Notes: a model not told the origin generated them from the sequence alone. Numbered from the stretch's first letter, positions 1-10,261 are shown. The stretch: DNA of 64,000 bases from an uncultured Planctomycetota bacterium (GCA_963823665.1 CAWGMQ010000008.1:1856001-1920000), one strand, 5' to 3'. Numbers and translations are program-made.

Positions 1-486
1 GGCGGCAAACTCGCCGGCGAGAATCATCTTGAGGGCGACCAGGCGGTTCAGGCGACGGTGCCGGGCCTTGTAAACGACGCCCATGCCGCCGCGTCCGACT
101 TCGGAGAGGATCTCGTAATCGCCGACCCACCAAGGCGCGGTCGCCGGCGACGCGTCGTCGTGGGTGGGCGCGGTTGGCTGGGGAGTTGGACCAAGAGGTG
201 CCGATCTACGACCGGTCATGGCCTCGCGCAGGCGGCCTCGCTGCAGGGCACGGACGGCGGAAATGCGACCGGCGGGGTCGTCGGGCGCGTGGACATCAGG
301 AGATGTCGCTTCCCTTAGCCGATTCACGATCGGATCGGGTGCGGCGAGACGCTCGAGGGTGGCGCAGCAAGACTCACATAAGTCCAGATGAGCAGCGAGC
401 CATTCGAGATCCGCCCGGGCGACCATTCCGAGGGAGAATGCGTGCAATTGTTCGGGAGTGGGATGGCCGGAGGCCGGCTCGGGCAT
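1..486 (-). CDS. Ser/Thr protein kinase with N-terminal zinc-finger (HxxxCxxC) anti-sigma-like segment; 3' partial, runs off window
   Basis: Manual translation from ATG at 486: [20 protein letters not shown]...[10 protein letters not shown]...[41 protein letters not shown] (kinase subdomains I-II). Not in ORF track because it is truncated. Confidence 0.9.
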   Translation of the reverse strand, partial: MPEPASGHPTPEQLHAFSLGMVARADLEWLAAHLDLCESCCATLERLAAPDPIVNRLREATSPDVHAPDDPAGRISAVRALQRGRLREAMTGRRSAPLGPTPQPTAPTHDDASPATAPWWVGDYEILSEVGRGGMGVVYKARHRRLNRLVALKMILAGEFAA

Positions 487-555
487 GACGGGAACTCGGA
501 TAAGCGAATGGAATCGTCTCGTTGCAGTTGAAAGCGGGCTCGGGGGGTGCGAAGC

Positions 556-1158
556 TCAGACGAATTCTTCGCCGCTGCAATCGATCAAGCCCGCGGCCTC
601 TTCGCGTATGCGCTGCAGCACACGTGATTTGGCCACGTAGACCGCCCCGACGCTCATTCCGAGCTCGGCGGCCACCTCGGCGCCGGTGGCATTGTCCAGG
701 GTGAGGCGGCGAAAGGCGCGGAAAGTCACCGGCTCGAATTCTTGCTCGACCAGGTCGAAGAGGCATCGGAGGACGTAGCGGTCGTGTTCCTCGTTCCACT
801 GGCGATTGAGCGCGCTATTGGGGTCGGCGACCTCGTTCAAGATATCGGCCACGGTGCTGCCACCGGTGAGCGGCGGCCCTGAAGCGCGGGACCGCCAGTA
901 ATCGCTGAAACGGTTCGCGGCGATGCTGCGGAGCCAGGACCGGAAGGCGCCGGGATGGCCGGGGTGCTGGAACGACGGCAGGGATTTCACGACCGAGACG
1001 AGGATTTCCTGGGTGAGGTCGTCTCGGTCGTGCTCGGGGAGATTCTGCTGCCTCAGCCAGCCGGCGAGGAAGGGGCGATACAGACCGGCGAGGTCTTTCC
1101 AGGAAGACTCATCGCCTGCCTGCGCCCGGATCAGAAGGCTCTGTCGAGTAACGCCCAT
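556..1158 (-). CDS. ECF sigma-70 factor (planctomycete kinase-associated type)
   Basis: TRQSLLIR...W..L..LY, DDLTQE, FRSWL..IA, C-terminal HTH VAAELGMSVGAVYVAKSRVL; directly upstream of the kinase. Confidence 0.92.
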   Translation of the reverse strand: MGVTRQSLLIRAQAGDESSWKDLAGLYRPFLAGWLRQQNLPEHDRDDLTQEILVSVVKSLPSFQHPGHPGAFRSWLRSIAANRFSDYWRSRASGPPLTGGSTVADILNEVADPNSALNRQWNEEHDRYVLRCLFDLVEQEFEPVTFRAFRRLTLDNATGAEVAAELGMSVGAVYVAKSRVLQRIREEAAGLIDCSGEEFV

Positions 1159-1317
1159 ATTGTTGGATCGACCCTCGTCGGATGGTCAATTGTAACAGTT
1201 TCCGGCAGCGAGGGCAGGCTGGCGGAAATCTTGCACCGCCTGGCTGGCGATGGCGCCTGTTTGCGCGCGGCGCCGAACTGCTGAAAGGTTTGCGAGGTCG
1301 CCAACGCTTAAGTATGC

Positions 1318-1788
1318 ATGCGGATCGGTCGTCAACGTGAGCGCGACCGGAACGACGCTTTCTGGCGTCGGGGGGATCCGCGATTTGCCTGCTCTGTCTC
1401 CAATTCATCGCGGAGCCACGACGTGAAAAGCTGCTATTCCCGTTTCAGCTTCGAGTATCGGATGGAATCCAGCGCGGACGAGCTGCGCGTTTACCTGCGC
1501 GGCCAGCTTGTTTACGAGACGCTGCAAGCGACCGAGTCTTGCTGGGGAGCCGTGCGCGCCGGAGCGATGCCGAGAGTGGTCCTCGATCTCTCCGAGGTGA
1601 GCTTCATGGCGAGCGCGGCGCTGGGGTCGCTGCTCTCGCTTCGGCATTCGCTTGCGTCGCGAGGGTGTTCTCTGGGGATCTCGGCGATGAGCGACGATGT
1701 GCGCGAGATCATGGAGGTGAGCGGACTGAAACGGCTGTTCACAATCGATGCGGCGATTGACGAGAAAGTGCACGAATCCGCGGCGTGA
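1318..1788 (+). CDS. STAS-domain anti-anti-sigma factor (true start possibly downstream)
   Basis: VVLDLSEVSFMASAALGSLL...VREIMEVSGLKRLF. Confidence 0.85.
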   Translation: MRIGRQRERDRNDAFWRRGDPRFACSVSNSSRSHDVKSCYSRFSFEYRMESSADELRVYLRGQLVYETLQATESCWGAVRAGAMPRVVLDLSEVSFMASAALGSLLSLRHSLASRGCSLGISAMSDDVREIMEVSGLKRLFTIDAAIDEKVHESAA

Positions 1789-1871
1789 GCGGTCGCGCGT
1801 GAAATGAGGGAAAGCGGCGTTCCACTCTTCGTTTCGAAGAGAATCCCTGGTGAGCAGAGGGGCTGGATTCG

Positions 1872-2999
1872 ATGATCCGGATTGCACTGCGGATGATTTT
1901 CGGTGCACGCGGCCGGTATGCGACGCTGGTGCTCGGGCTGGCGTTCGCAGTGTTGTTGAGCACGCAGCAGGTCGCCATCTTGCTGGGCGTTCTGGAGCGG
2001 GCTACAGGACCGCTTCAAAACATCGGTGTTGCCGATCTGTGGGTAGTCTCGAGGGACACGATTTCCATTGATTTCCTGCGCGACATGCACGTGCGTGAGC
2101 TGATGCGGGTGCGGTCGGTGTCCGGCGTCGAATGGGCCGAACCGCTCTTGAGCTACAAGGCCGCGGCCAACCTGCCGGGCGGAGAGTATTTCAACATGCA
2201 TCTGATCGGGATCGACCGATCGAGCCGGATCGGCAGGCCTCCGGAGGTGCTCAGCGGCGACCTGGCGAGTCTTGATCTGCCCGACACGGTCTTCGTCGAC
2301 GTGGCGGATGGCAGGAGCGTGCCGCGGCTCGGGATCGGGGACGTGGTCCATATCGGCGGGCGGCGCGTCCGGGTGGCCGGCACGTGCCGAGCCCGGGGCG
2401 GGCTGGAGGGGCGAGTTATCCTGTTCACATCGGTCGAGAATCTCAGACGTTTCATTCCGCCGATCGCGCAAAGCATCAGCATGATCCTGGTCAAGACGAG
2501 GCCGGGGATTGACGTGGGAGTGGTGGCCGAGCGGATCGGCAAGCTGCCGGACATCGTCGCCTTGCGGGCGGGCGAATTCCGGTGGCGGTCGATGAAATTT
2601 CTGATGGTCCGGACTGGGGTCGGGCTGAACTTCGCGATCACCGCCTTGCTCGGCTTCGTGGTGGGAGTGGTGCTGGCCACGGTCGGCTTTTACCAATTTG
2701 CGTCGGACAATCTCCCTTACTTCGCCATGATGCGTGCGGTGGGTGCGCGGAATTCCACATTGGCGGGCGTGGTGCTGGTGCAGGCGGTTGTGGCCGGACT
2801 CATCGGCTACGGGGCCGGCATTGGCCTGGCGGCCCTGGCCACGCTTCCGGGACTGGCTCCGGGCGCGGTGCTGACGTCCCGCTTTCCGTGGCCGCTCGTG
2901 TTTTTCGGCATGGTGCCGATGCTGGCGTGTATCAGCGCGGGGAGTCTGATCAATCTTCGTCGGGTGCTCAAGGTCGACCCTGTGATCCTTTTTCAGTGA
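1872..2999 (+). CDS. ABC transporter permease, DevC/FtsX-like
   Basis: N-terminal TM, ADLWV, periplasmic domain, AMMRAVGA, three C-terminal TMs, KVDP end. Confidence 0.88.
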   Translation: MIRIALRMIFGARGRYATLVLGLAFAVLLSTQQVAILLGVLERATGPLQNIGVADLWVVSRDTISIDFLRDMHVRELMRVRSVSGVEWAEPLLSYKAAANLPGGEYFNMHLIGIDRSSRIGRPPEVLSGDLASLDLPDTVFVDVADGRSVPRLGIGDVVHIGGRRVRVAGTCRARGGLEGRVILFTSVENLRRFIPPIAQSISMILVKTRPGIDVGVVAERIGKLPDIVALRAGEFRWRSMKFLMVRTGVGLNFAITALLGFVVGVVLATVGFYQFASDNLPYFAMMRAVGARNSTLAGVVLVQAVVAGLIGYGAGIGLAALATLPGLAPGAVLTSRFPWPLVFFGMVPMLACISAGSLINLRRVLKVDPVILFQ

Positions 3000-3009
3000 A
3001 AGCTCAACA

Positions 3010-3756
3010 ATGAGTGGCGAAGCTTCGGCGCTCCAGCTCAGCAAGATCACCAAGGTTTACGGGTCGGGACCGCGCGCGGTGCACGCACTGCGCGGGGTTG
3101 ACCTGCGGGTGGAACCGGGCCGGCTGGTGATGCTGGTCGGGCCCAGCGGGCGCGGCAAGACGACGCTGCTTTCGATCATCAGCGGCCTGCTCAAACCCAG
3201 CGGCGGCGAAGTCGAGATCTTCGGCCAGTCGTGGAGCAAGTGGGGTCGCAACGGATGCGCGAGGGGGTCGATGGTCGGCATGGTGTTTCAGAAATTCTAT
3301 CTGATCCCCACGATCACGACGCTCGACAACGTCGCGATGGCGTTGCTCGTGCGCGGACTGGGGCGGCGCGAGGCGGAGACGAGGGCATCGCGGACGCTCG
3401 AACGAGTGCGGCTCGGCGGCAAGCTGCTCGCGATGCCGGGCGAGCTTTCCGGAGGCATGCAGCAACGGGTGGCGCTGGCACGGGCGATCGTGGGCGAGCC
3501 GCGACTTCTGGTCTGCGACGAGCCGACGGCGAACCTCGATTCGGAAACCGGACACGCGATCATGGAGCTGATCCTCGAGGCGAATCGGGGCAGCGACGAG
3601 CGCGGCCGGCCGCGGAGCGTGCTCGTCGTGACCCATGACCCTCGGGTGCTGCGATTCGCGGATGTGATCTATCACCTTGAAGACGGCAGGCTTCGCCCGG
3701 CGGGCGAGGACATGCTGTTGCGGGTGTGGCAATCGGGTCTGGCTCTCGCTCAATGA
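3010..3756 (+). CDS. ABC transporter ATP-binding protein (DevA/LolD-like)
   Basis: Walker A GPSGRGKTT, LSGGMQQRV, DEPTANLD, VTHD. Confidence 0.95.
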   Translation: MSGEASALQLSKITKVYGSGPRAVHALRGVDLRVEPGRLVMLVGPSGRGKTTLLSIISGLLKPSGGEVEIFGQSWSKWGRNGCARGSMVGMVFQKFYLIPTITTLDNVAMALLVRGLGRREAETRASRTLERVRLGGKLLAMPGELSGGMQQRVALARAIVGEPRLLVCDEPTANLDSETGHAIMELILEANRGSDERGRPRSVLVVTHDPRVLRFADVIYHLEDGRLRPAGEDMLLRVWQSGLALAQ

Positions 3757-3807
3757 CGCACTTTTTCCGCCGGCTTGCGCCGGGCCAACACAACTGGAGT
3801 GACAGCG

Positions 3808-4884
3808 ATGATCAAGTGGACGACCATAATCGCGGCCTTGCTGGGAATTCCTCTGACCTGGTGGGCGGTGCAGGCGTCGACCGTGCCGCCGCCGGTACTG
3901 GCACCTGATGAATCTCCCCCCGTCAACCCGTTTTCGAATGGGATTGCCGCGCCGGGAACGGTGGAGGCGGCCAGCCGGAACATCCGGGTGGCGGCTCCTG
4001 AGCCCGGTCAGATCGCAACGGTGTTTGTCCGCGTGGGCGAGCAGGTCAAGGCCGGAGACCCGCTCTTTCGGCTCGACACCCTGTTGACTGAAGCCGAGCT
4101 AGCCAAGGCCGAAGCGGCGGTGGCTGTCGCCGAGCGAGAGGTGGAACGGCTGCGCGGCATGCCTCGCCCAGAAGAGATTGCGAGGCTCCAGGCGGCATTG
4201 GACGAAGCAACGGCGAGGCTCGCGCACAAACGTCTGGAGCACGAACGAGCCCTGCGGCTTTATTCACGCAACGTTCTGAGCCATCAAGAGCTCGGTGACG
4301 CGATCCTGGCGCTCGACGTGGCGGCGGCCGGGCAAAGGCAGGCGCAAGCAGACCTGAAGCGCGCACAGGCGGGGCCGTGGAAGCACGATCTGGCTGTTAC
4401 CGAGGCCGCGAGCCGGCGTGCCCAGGCCGAGGCCGACATGATCCGGGTGCGACTCGATCGTTTGACGGTGCGGTCGCCGATTGCCGGAACGGTGCTGAAG
4501 TGCTACGTGGAACCCGGTGAGATTGCGCCGATGGGCGACAAGCCCGCGATCGTCGTCGGAGACCTTTCGGTGTTGCATATCCGGGCGCAGGTTGACGAGC
4601 GGGATGCGCCGAGGCTCGCGGCTAATTGTCGCGCCTTCGCGTTCGTGCCGGAGGAGGCCGGGCAGTCGCGCAAGCTGAACCTCCAGATTCTGCGCATCGA
4701 ACCGCTGGCCGTGCCCAAGAACCTGGCGACGGCCTCCAACGCTGAGGTGGTCGAAACTCGCGTGGTCGAAGTTCTGTTCCGTCTGGAACCCGGCAAGGCG
4801 ATGCTGCAGCTCTATCCAGGTCAGGTGATCGACGTATTCATCAAGGCGGCGAGCCCGGCAGGACGGGAGAGCATGGGGCAGTGA
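3808..4884 (+). CDS. HlyD/DevB-family membrane fusion (adaptor) protein
   Basis: N-terminal anchor, lipoyl-like halves VFVRVGEQVKAGDPL and VRSPIAGTVL, coiled coil, TRVVEV. Confidence 0.9.
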   Translation: MIKWTTIIAALLGIPLTWWAVQASTVPPPVLAPDESPPVNPFSNGIAAPGTVEAASRNIRVAAPEPGQIATVFVRVGEQVKAGDPLFRLDTLLTEAELAKAEAAVAVAEREVERLRGMPRPEEIARLQAALDEATARLAHKRLEHERALRLYSRNVLSHQELGDAILALDVAAAGQRQAQADLKRAQAGPWKHDLAVTEAASRRAQAEADMIRVRLDRLTVRSPIAGTVLKCYVEPGEIAPMGDKPAIVVGDLSVLHIRAQVDERDAPRLAANCRAFAFVPEEAGQSRKLNLQILRIEPLAVPKNLATASNAEVVETRVVEVLFRLEPGKAMLQLYPGQVIDVFIKAASPAGRESMGQ

Positions 4885-4916
4885 CCAAAGGTATAATATC
4901 CAGGAAACGGACTACC

Positions 4917-5933
4917 ATGCAGATCACGGGCCCGCGTCCTGAAGAGTGGCTGCGCATCACGCCGGATGGGCTCTATTGCTCGCCCGGAGATTTCCTGATC
5001 GACCCGGTTCGCCCAGCAAGCCGGGCACTGATCACGCACGGGCATGCAGACCACGCGCGTCCGGGTCACGGCGCTGTGCTGGCGACGGCGGGAACACTCG
5101 CCATCATGCGAAGCCGGTTCGGAGAGAATGCAGGCGAGGGCCAGGCAATAGCTTACGGCGAGAAGACCGGCGTGAACGGGGTGGATGTCACGTTCCTGCC
5201 GGCCGGTCATGTGCTGGGAAGCGCCCAGATCGTGCTCGAATACGGCGGCAGCCGTGTTGTTGTTTCGGGCGATTACAAGCGGCGGCGCGACCCGACGTGC
5301 GAGGAATTCACACCGCGATCATGCGATGTGTTCATCTCGGAAGCGACGTTTGGACTGCCCGTTTTTCACCATCCGCCAGACTCGACGCAAATCTCGAAGA
5401 TTCTGGAGGCTCTCGAGCGCGAGCCGGAGCGCTGCGTGCTGGTTGGCGCTTATGCACTGGGCAAGTGCCAGCGCGTGATCTGCCTGCTGCGCGAGGCAGG
5501 TTATGATGACACCATCTACCTGCACGGGGCGGTGACGGCCTTATGCGAACTATACCGCCGGGCGGGCGTCGAGCTTGGCTCGATCGAGCCGGTTCAAGAT
5601 CTCGATAAGTCTTCGCTGCAAGGCAAGATCGTCATGGCTCCGCCTGGGGCGCTTGCCGATCGCTGGTCAAGGCGTCTGCCTGATCCGATCTGCGCGATGG
5701 CTTCCGGGTGGATGGCGATTCGCGCGCGGGCGCGGCAGCGAGGGGTCGAGCTGCCGCTCGTCATTTCCGATCACGCGGATTGGGATGAGCTCACGCAGAC
5801 GATCAGGGATGTGGGTGCATCCGAAGTATGGATTACACACGGGCGCGAAGACGCGATCGTTTACTGGGCGACGCAAAACGGTTTGAAGGCGAGGCCGCTC
5901 GACATTCAGGGCTACGAGGATGAGGGAGATTGA
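4917..5933 (+). CDS. Ligase-associated DNA damage response exonuclease (beta-CASP metallo-beta-lactamase)
   Basis: THGHADH, PAGHVLGSAQ, VSGDYKR, EATFGLPVF, SDHADW, THG. Confidence 0.95.
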   Translation: MQITGPRPEEWLRITPDGLYCSPGDFLIDPVRPASRALITHGHADHARPGHGAVLATAGTLAIMRSRFGENAGEGQAIAYGEKTGVNGVDVTFLPAGHVLGSAQIVLEYGGSRVVVSGDYKRRRDPTCEEFTPRSCDVFISEATFGLPVFHHPPDSTQISKILEALEREPERCVLVGAYALGKCQRVICLLREAGYDDTIYLHGAVTALCELYRRAGVELGSIEPVQDLDKSSLQGKIVMAPPGALADRWSRRLPDPICAMASGWMAIRARARQRGVELPLVISDHADWDELTQTIRDVGASEVWITHGREDAIVYWATQNGLKARPLDIQGYEDEGD

Positions 5934-7519
5934 TGGAGGCCTTCGCGAAGCTTCTGGATAGCCTGTCCACGAGCGGCTCGACTCTGGCCAAGCGGCGTCT
6001 GATGGCTGATTACTTCAAGGCGACGCAAGATCCCGAGCGGGGCTGGGCGCTGGCGGCGCTTGCAGGCACGCTCTCCTTTCCGACGGCGAAGCCTAACGTG
6101 ATACGCGAGCTGGTCGCGAGCCGTATTGATCCGGTGCTCTACGCGCTTTCGCGCGACTATGTGGGCGACATGGCCGAGACCGTGGCGCTCATCTGGCCCA
6201 ACGATCGACGTCGCGAAGAGCCGCTGCGCCTGAGCCAGATCGCTCTTGTCCAGTCGCAAACCGATCGGAAGGCGTTGCAAGCCGAGCTTGGTACGTGGCT
6301 CGATCAAATCGATCCCGTCGGCCGTTGGGCGTTGCTCAAGCTGATCACCGGCAACATCCGCATCGGTGTTTCCGCACGGCTGGCGAAGACGGCCTTGGCG
6401 GACGGGTTCGGGAAGGACCTCGATCAAATCGAGCAGCTCTGGCATGGCCTGGCGCCTCCTTATCAATCACTGTTCGCGTGGCTCGAAGGCCATGCGGAAA
6501 TGCCGGTGCCGGCGCGGTGCGCGGCATTCCTGCCGATGATGCTTTCTCATCCGATTGAAGACAGCGAGCTTGAGGCGATTGATCTGCACGCGTTTCAAGT
6601 CGAGCCAAAGTGGGATGGCGTGCGGGTGCAGCTTGCGCGATCGGGCGAGCACATTGCGCTCTACTCGCGAACAGGCGACGACATCAGCGAGACGTTTCCG
6701 GACATCGTCAAGGCTACGCTGGCCATCGATGAGCAGGAGTTCGTGCTCGACGGTGAATTGTTGACCAAGGACCAAGACGAGATTGCGCCGTTCAATGCGC
6801 TGCAGCAACGACTTAACCGGAAGAAGGTCACGCAGGCCATGCTCGCGGATTACCCCGCGCATATCCGGCTTTACGATATCCTGATTGATCGGGGTGAGGA
6901 CATCCGGGGCCTGCCGCTGCGTGAGCGGCGGGAGCGGCTGGAAGGCTGGTATATGCGGTATACTTCGCGGTCGATGGATCTATCGCCGGTGCTCTCGCTT
7001 CGAAGCAAGGATGAGCTGCAAGCATTCCGGGAAGAGGCGCGAGCGAATCCACAGAGCGGGGTCGAGGGCGTGATGATCAAGAGGCTGGAGAGCCCTTACA
7101 TCGCGGGCCGGCCGCGCGGACATTGGTTCAAGTGGAAGCGGAACACGCTGACGCTCGATTGCGTGTTGCTTTATGCGCAGCGTGGCAGCGGCAAGCGATC
7201 TTCGTTCTATTCGGATTACACATTCGGGGTCTGGCATGAAGGCATGCTGCTGCCGATCGGCAAAGCGTATTCGGGATTTACCGATGAAGAGCTTTTCAAG
7301 CTGGACAAGTGGATCCGGGCCAACACGATCAATCGGTTCGGGCCGGTGCGCGAGGTGAAGCACGAGCTGGTGTTCGAGATCGAGTTTGATTCGATCCACG
7401 AGTCGAGCCGGCACAAGTCGGGGCTGGCCATGCGGTTTCCGCGGGTGCAGCGGATCCGGTGGGACAAGCCGGCTGGCGAGGCGGATTCGCTTGAGAATGC
7501 GCGGAAGCTGGCGGTTTGA
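5930..7519 (+). CDS. ATP-dependent DNA ligase (Lhr/exonuclease-associated type)
   Basis: YVGDMAETVAL, motif I EPKWDGVR, LDGEL, EGVMIK, WFKWKR, LAMRFPR; 4-nt overlap with exonuclease. Confidence 0.95.
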   Translation: MMEAFAKLLDSLSTSGSTLAKRRLMADYFKATQDPERGWALAALAGTLSFPTAKPNVIRELVASRIDPVLYALSRDYVGDMAETVALIWPNDRRREEPLRLSQIALVQSQTDRKALQAELGTWLDQIDPVGRWALLKLITGNIRIGVSARLAKTALADGFGKDLDQIEQLWHGLAPPYQSLFAWLEGHAEMPVPARCAAFLPMMLSHPIEDSELEAIDLHAFQVEPKWDGVRVQLARSGEHIALYSRTGDDISETFPDIVKATLAIDEQEFVLDGELLTKDQDEIAPFNALQQRLNRKKVTQAMLADYPAHIRLYDILIDRGEDIRGLPLRERRERLEGWYMRYTSRSMDLSPVLSLRSKDELQAFREEARANPQSGVEGVMIKRLESPYIAGRPRGHWFKWKRNTLTLDCVLLYAQRGSGKRSSFYSDYTFGVWHEGMLLPIGKAYSGFTDEELFKLDKWIRANTINRFGPVREVKHELVFEIEFDSIHESSRHKSGLAMRFPRVQRIRWDKPAGEADSLENARKLAV

Positions 7520-7559
7520 AGCGGGGGGGCGGCGGGCCCCTGGTCATGGCAGCTCGGCG

Positions 7560-7823
7560 TTAGAAGCCGCGCTCGGCGATCTTGTCGGCCACGAAGGCGA
7601 GCATGTGGGCAACGAAGTTCGTCTTATCGGCGCTTGAGGCACTGCTCTGGTTGATGATGTGGGCGGCTGCCAGGCCTGCGAGTAATCCGGCGTTGAAGTC
7701 GTCCGATTGCAGCCCGGTGAAGTTCTCGTCGTAGAGCTGGCGCTCTAGGTCGGAGAGATGCTCGACCTGACTCGCAAATTGCTGGATCTGCTTGGCGTCG
7801 AAGCGGGTGTCGATGGTGAACAC
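7560..7823 (-). CDS. hypothetical protein (87 aa)
   Basis: GTG start with GGAGG RBS right after ynfA; sequence VFTIDTRFDAKQIQQFASQVEHLSDLERQLY... looks protein-like. Confidence 0.55.
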   Translation of the reverse strand: MFTIDTRFDAKQIQQFASQVEHLSDLERQLYDENFTGLQSDDFNAGLLAGLAAAHIINQSSASSADKTNFVAHMLAFVADKIAERGF

Positions 7824-7840
7824 GGTGCCTCCAGAATTCG

Positions 7841-8167
7841 TCAGCTCGTTCGCGGGGCGAAGAGGATGAGGGCTGCGCCAGCGAGGCAGATGGATGCGCC
7901 GAGCAGATCCCAGCGGTCGGGGCGAATGCCTTCGGCGGCCCAGAGCCAACCGACTGACGCGAGGATGTAGATACCGCCATAGGCGGCATAAGCGCGGCCG
8001 GCGTGGCTTGAGTCGATGCGGGTGAGGGCCAGGGCGAAAATGATCAGAGCCGCAAGACCCGGGAGAATCCAGAGCGGGCTCTTCTGCATTCTGAGCCACG
8101 CCCAGAACGCGAAGCAGCCGCTGATTTCGCCTGCTGCGGCCAGGAGATACCAAAGAAGCGATCTCAA
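7841..8167 (-). CDS. ynfA: YnfA/UPF0060 small multidrug-resistance-like membrane protein
   Basis: [35 protein letters not shown]. Confidence 0.93.
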   Translation of the reverse strand: MRSLLWYLLAAAGEISGCFAFWAWLRMQKSPLWILPGLAALIIFALALTRIDSSHAGRAYAAYGGIYILASVGWLWAAEGIRPDRWDLLGASICLAGAALILFAPRTS

Positions 8168-8184
8168 TTGTGTTCAGCCGGCGC

Positions 8185-9003
8185 CTAAGCAATGGATTCA
8201 AGAGTCAGCACGAAGATCAGGGTCGAGTGTCCGGGAATGGGTCCGTTCGCCTGATTGCCGTAGCCTTCGGCCGGAGGGATCAACACGATTCGCGTTTCTC
8301 CGACCTGCATGCCGGTTGCTCCTTCGTCAAAGCCGGGAATGACCTGTCCCGTGCCGAGTGTGAAGCTAAAGGGCGCTCCACCGTCGTTGAGGGAGTCGTC
8401 GAAGATGTGGCCATTTTTCGCGAGATAGCCCGTGTAGAGCACACTGGCCGTTTGGCCTGACTGGATTTCGGGACCAGATCCTTGCGCGATCGTCTCAATC
8501 TTCACGCCACCGGCGAGCGTAGTGTAGGCGGGCTTGCTGACCACGAAGGACTTATTCGCGCGGCTCTTCGAGTACGCACCGACGGGGTTGAAGGATGCAG
8601 TGATCGGGTATTTGCCGAAGAAGAATGCGGGCCCGCCGGGCGGTTGTGTCAGAGTGTATGTGGCGTCGCTGAAGGCAAACTTGGGGTTCGTCGACGTTTC
8701 CGGCGACAGGGTGAGCGACTGAATGATCGCGCCGTGCTCAGTGATATTCACGGTTCCTTGCGGCGAACCCGCGCTGGCGGGTGCCCGCACCGTTACCGTG
8801 AACGTAATGGGTTGGCCCAGGGTTCCGGCGCTCACCGCAATCGATGTCTGTGTTTTCGCCGCACGCGCAGTCCGCGCGGCGATCTCCGCAGCGGATTGAT
8901 GAATGATGCTGGCAGGGGCAATTCCTGAGAGAACAACGCGGCTTTCAAGGACATTGGTCGCGAGCGAAAGAGCCGGCGCGAATTGCAATCGTCTTTTGTT
9001 CAT
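8185..9003 (-). CDS. FKBP-type peptidyl-prolyl isomerase with planctomycete LExR N-terminal motif and Ig-like domain
   Basis: LESRVVLS; Ig-like LGQPITFTVTV...GTV; FKBP YTGYL..G.IFDDS, VIPGFDEG, IPPAEGYG, IPGHSTLIF. Confidence 0.92.
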   Translation of the reverse strand: MNKRRLQFAPALSLATNVLESRVVLSGIAPASIIHQSAAEIAARTARAAKTQTSIAVSAGTLGQPITFTVTVRAPASAGSPQGTVNITEHGAIIQSLTLSPETSTNPKFAFSDATYTLTQPPGGPAFFFGKYPITASFNPVGAYSKSRANKSFVVSKPAYTTLAGGVKIETIAQGSGPEIQSGQTASVLYTGYLAKNGHIFDDSLNDGGAPFSFTLGTGQVIPGFDEGATGMQVGETRIVLIPPAEGYGNQANGPIPGHSTLIFVLTLESIA

Positions 9004-9123
9004 GCGAATGGTCCTGCGGAACAGATTGGGAACTCCGTGCGTCAAGAGTATACAGAACGCTCGAAAACGGAAAACCGAGCTTTTGGAAACGCGCGCCGGA
9101 CAATGTTAAGGGAGGGAAGATAG

Positions 9124-10162
9124 ATGCGAAGTCGTTTGATGCTTTCTGTCGTTGGTTGTCACGCCGAGGGTGAAGTGGGCGACGTGATTATCGGGGGCTT
9201 TCTGGCGCCCGCGGGCGCGACGATGTTCGAGCGGATGAGGACGATGGAGCGCGACTTTGACCATGTGCGCCGATTTCTGCTGTGTGAGCCGCGAGGAAGC
9301 GTGTGCCGGCATGTGAACTTGCTGACGCCCCCGATCAATACCGGTTGTGACGTCGGCGTGATCATCATGGAGCCGACGGAATATGTGCCGATGTCGGGGT
9401 CAAACCTGATCTGTACGGTTACGGTGATCCTGGAGACCGGAATCGTTCCGATCAAGGAGCCCGAGACCATCGTGATGGTCGATACACCCGCCGGGGCGGT
9501 GAAGGCTGTTGCGGAATGTCGAGATGGGCGGTGCCTGTCAGTGGAATTCGAGAATGTGCCGAGCTTTGTCGATCGCCTGGATGCGGCGATCGACGTGGCG
9601 GGACTGGGGACTGTCAGCGCGGACATTGCCTACGGGGGAATGTTCTACGCGATCGTTGATGCGACGAAACTGGGATTCCGCGTGGACGCCTCGGAGGCGC
9701 GGGAGCTTGCTGTCGCGGGTGAAGAGATCCGGCTGGCGGCACGCGAACAACTGGAGGTCATCCACCCTGAGAACCCGGGAATTCGGGGTGTCTCCATCGT
9801 CCAGCTCGCGCGACCGTTCGAGGGAGCCGGCAACGTGACGCGAAACACGTGTATCGTCGCGCCGGACGGTCGGACCGGAGCCCGACCGGCACCGGCACGT
9901 GGCGCGAATGGCCGTTCTTCATGCCCGCGGCCAGATGGCTGTCGGCGATTCGATGATCCACGAATCCCTGATCGGAACGCAGTTTCGCGGGCGGATCGTC
10001 TCGACGACGTCAGCCGGAGGCCGGTCGGCGATCATTCCCGCCATCAAAGGACGAGCCTGGATCACCGGGTTCAGCACGTACCTCCTCGACCCGGATGACC
10101 CGTTCCCCGAGGGCTATTTCCTCCGCGATAGCTGGGGCGTGACTGGCGAGATCACACAGTAA
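9124..10162 (+). CDS. Proline racemase superfamily protein, Ser/Thr catalytic type (frameshifted near 9865-9900)
   Basis: HAEGE, LLCEPRG, MSGSN, AYGGMFY; two single-base restorations give APGRSDRSPTGTGTSARMA; C-terminus DPDDPFPEG in another frame. Confidence 0.85.
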
Positions 10163-10185
10163 AAAGTCGGGAGTAGAGTGCCTCA

Positions 10186-10213
10186 TTGACATTTGTCGGA
10201 AGACTCTTACAAT
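10186..10213 (+). promoter_or_regulatory. sigma70-type promoter TTGACA-N16-TACAAT
   Basis: Near-consensus hexamers about 50 nt upstream of ATG 10262, which has an AGGAGG RBS. Confidence 0.6.
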
Positions 10214-10261
10214 TGTCGTGAGAGACTCACTTCGTCCCCTATTTCATGTAGGAGGCCGCCG

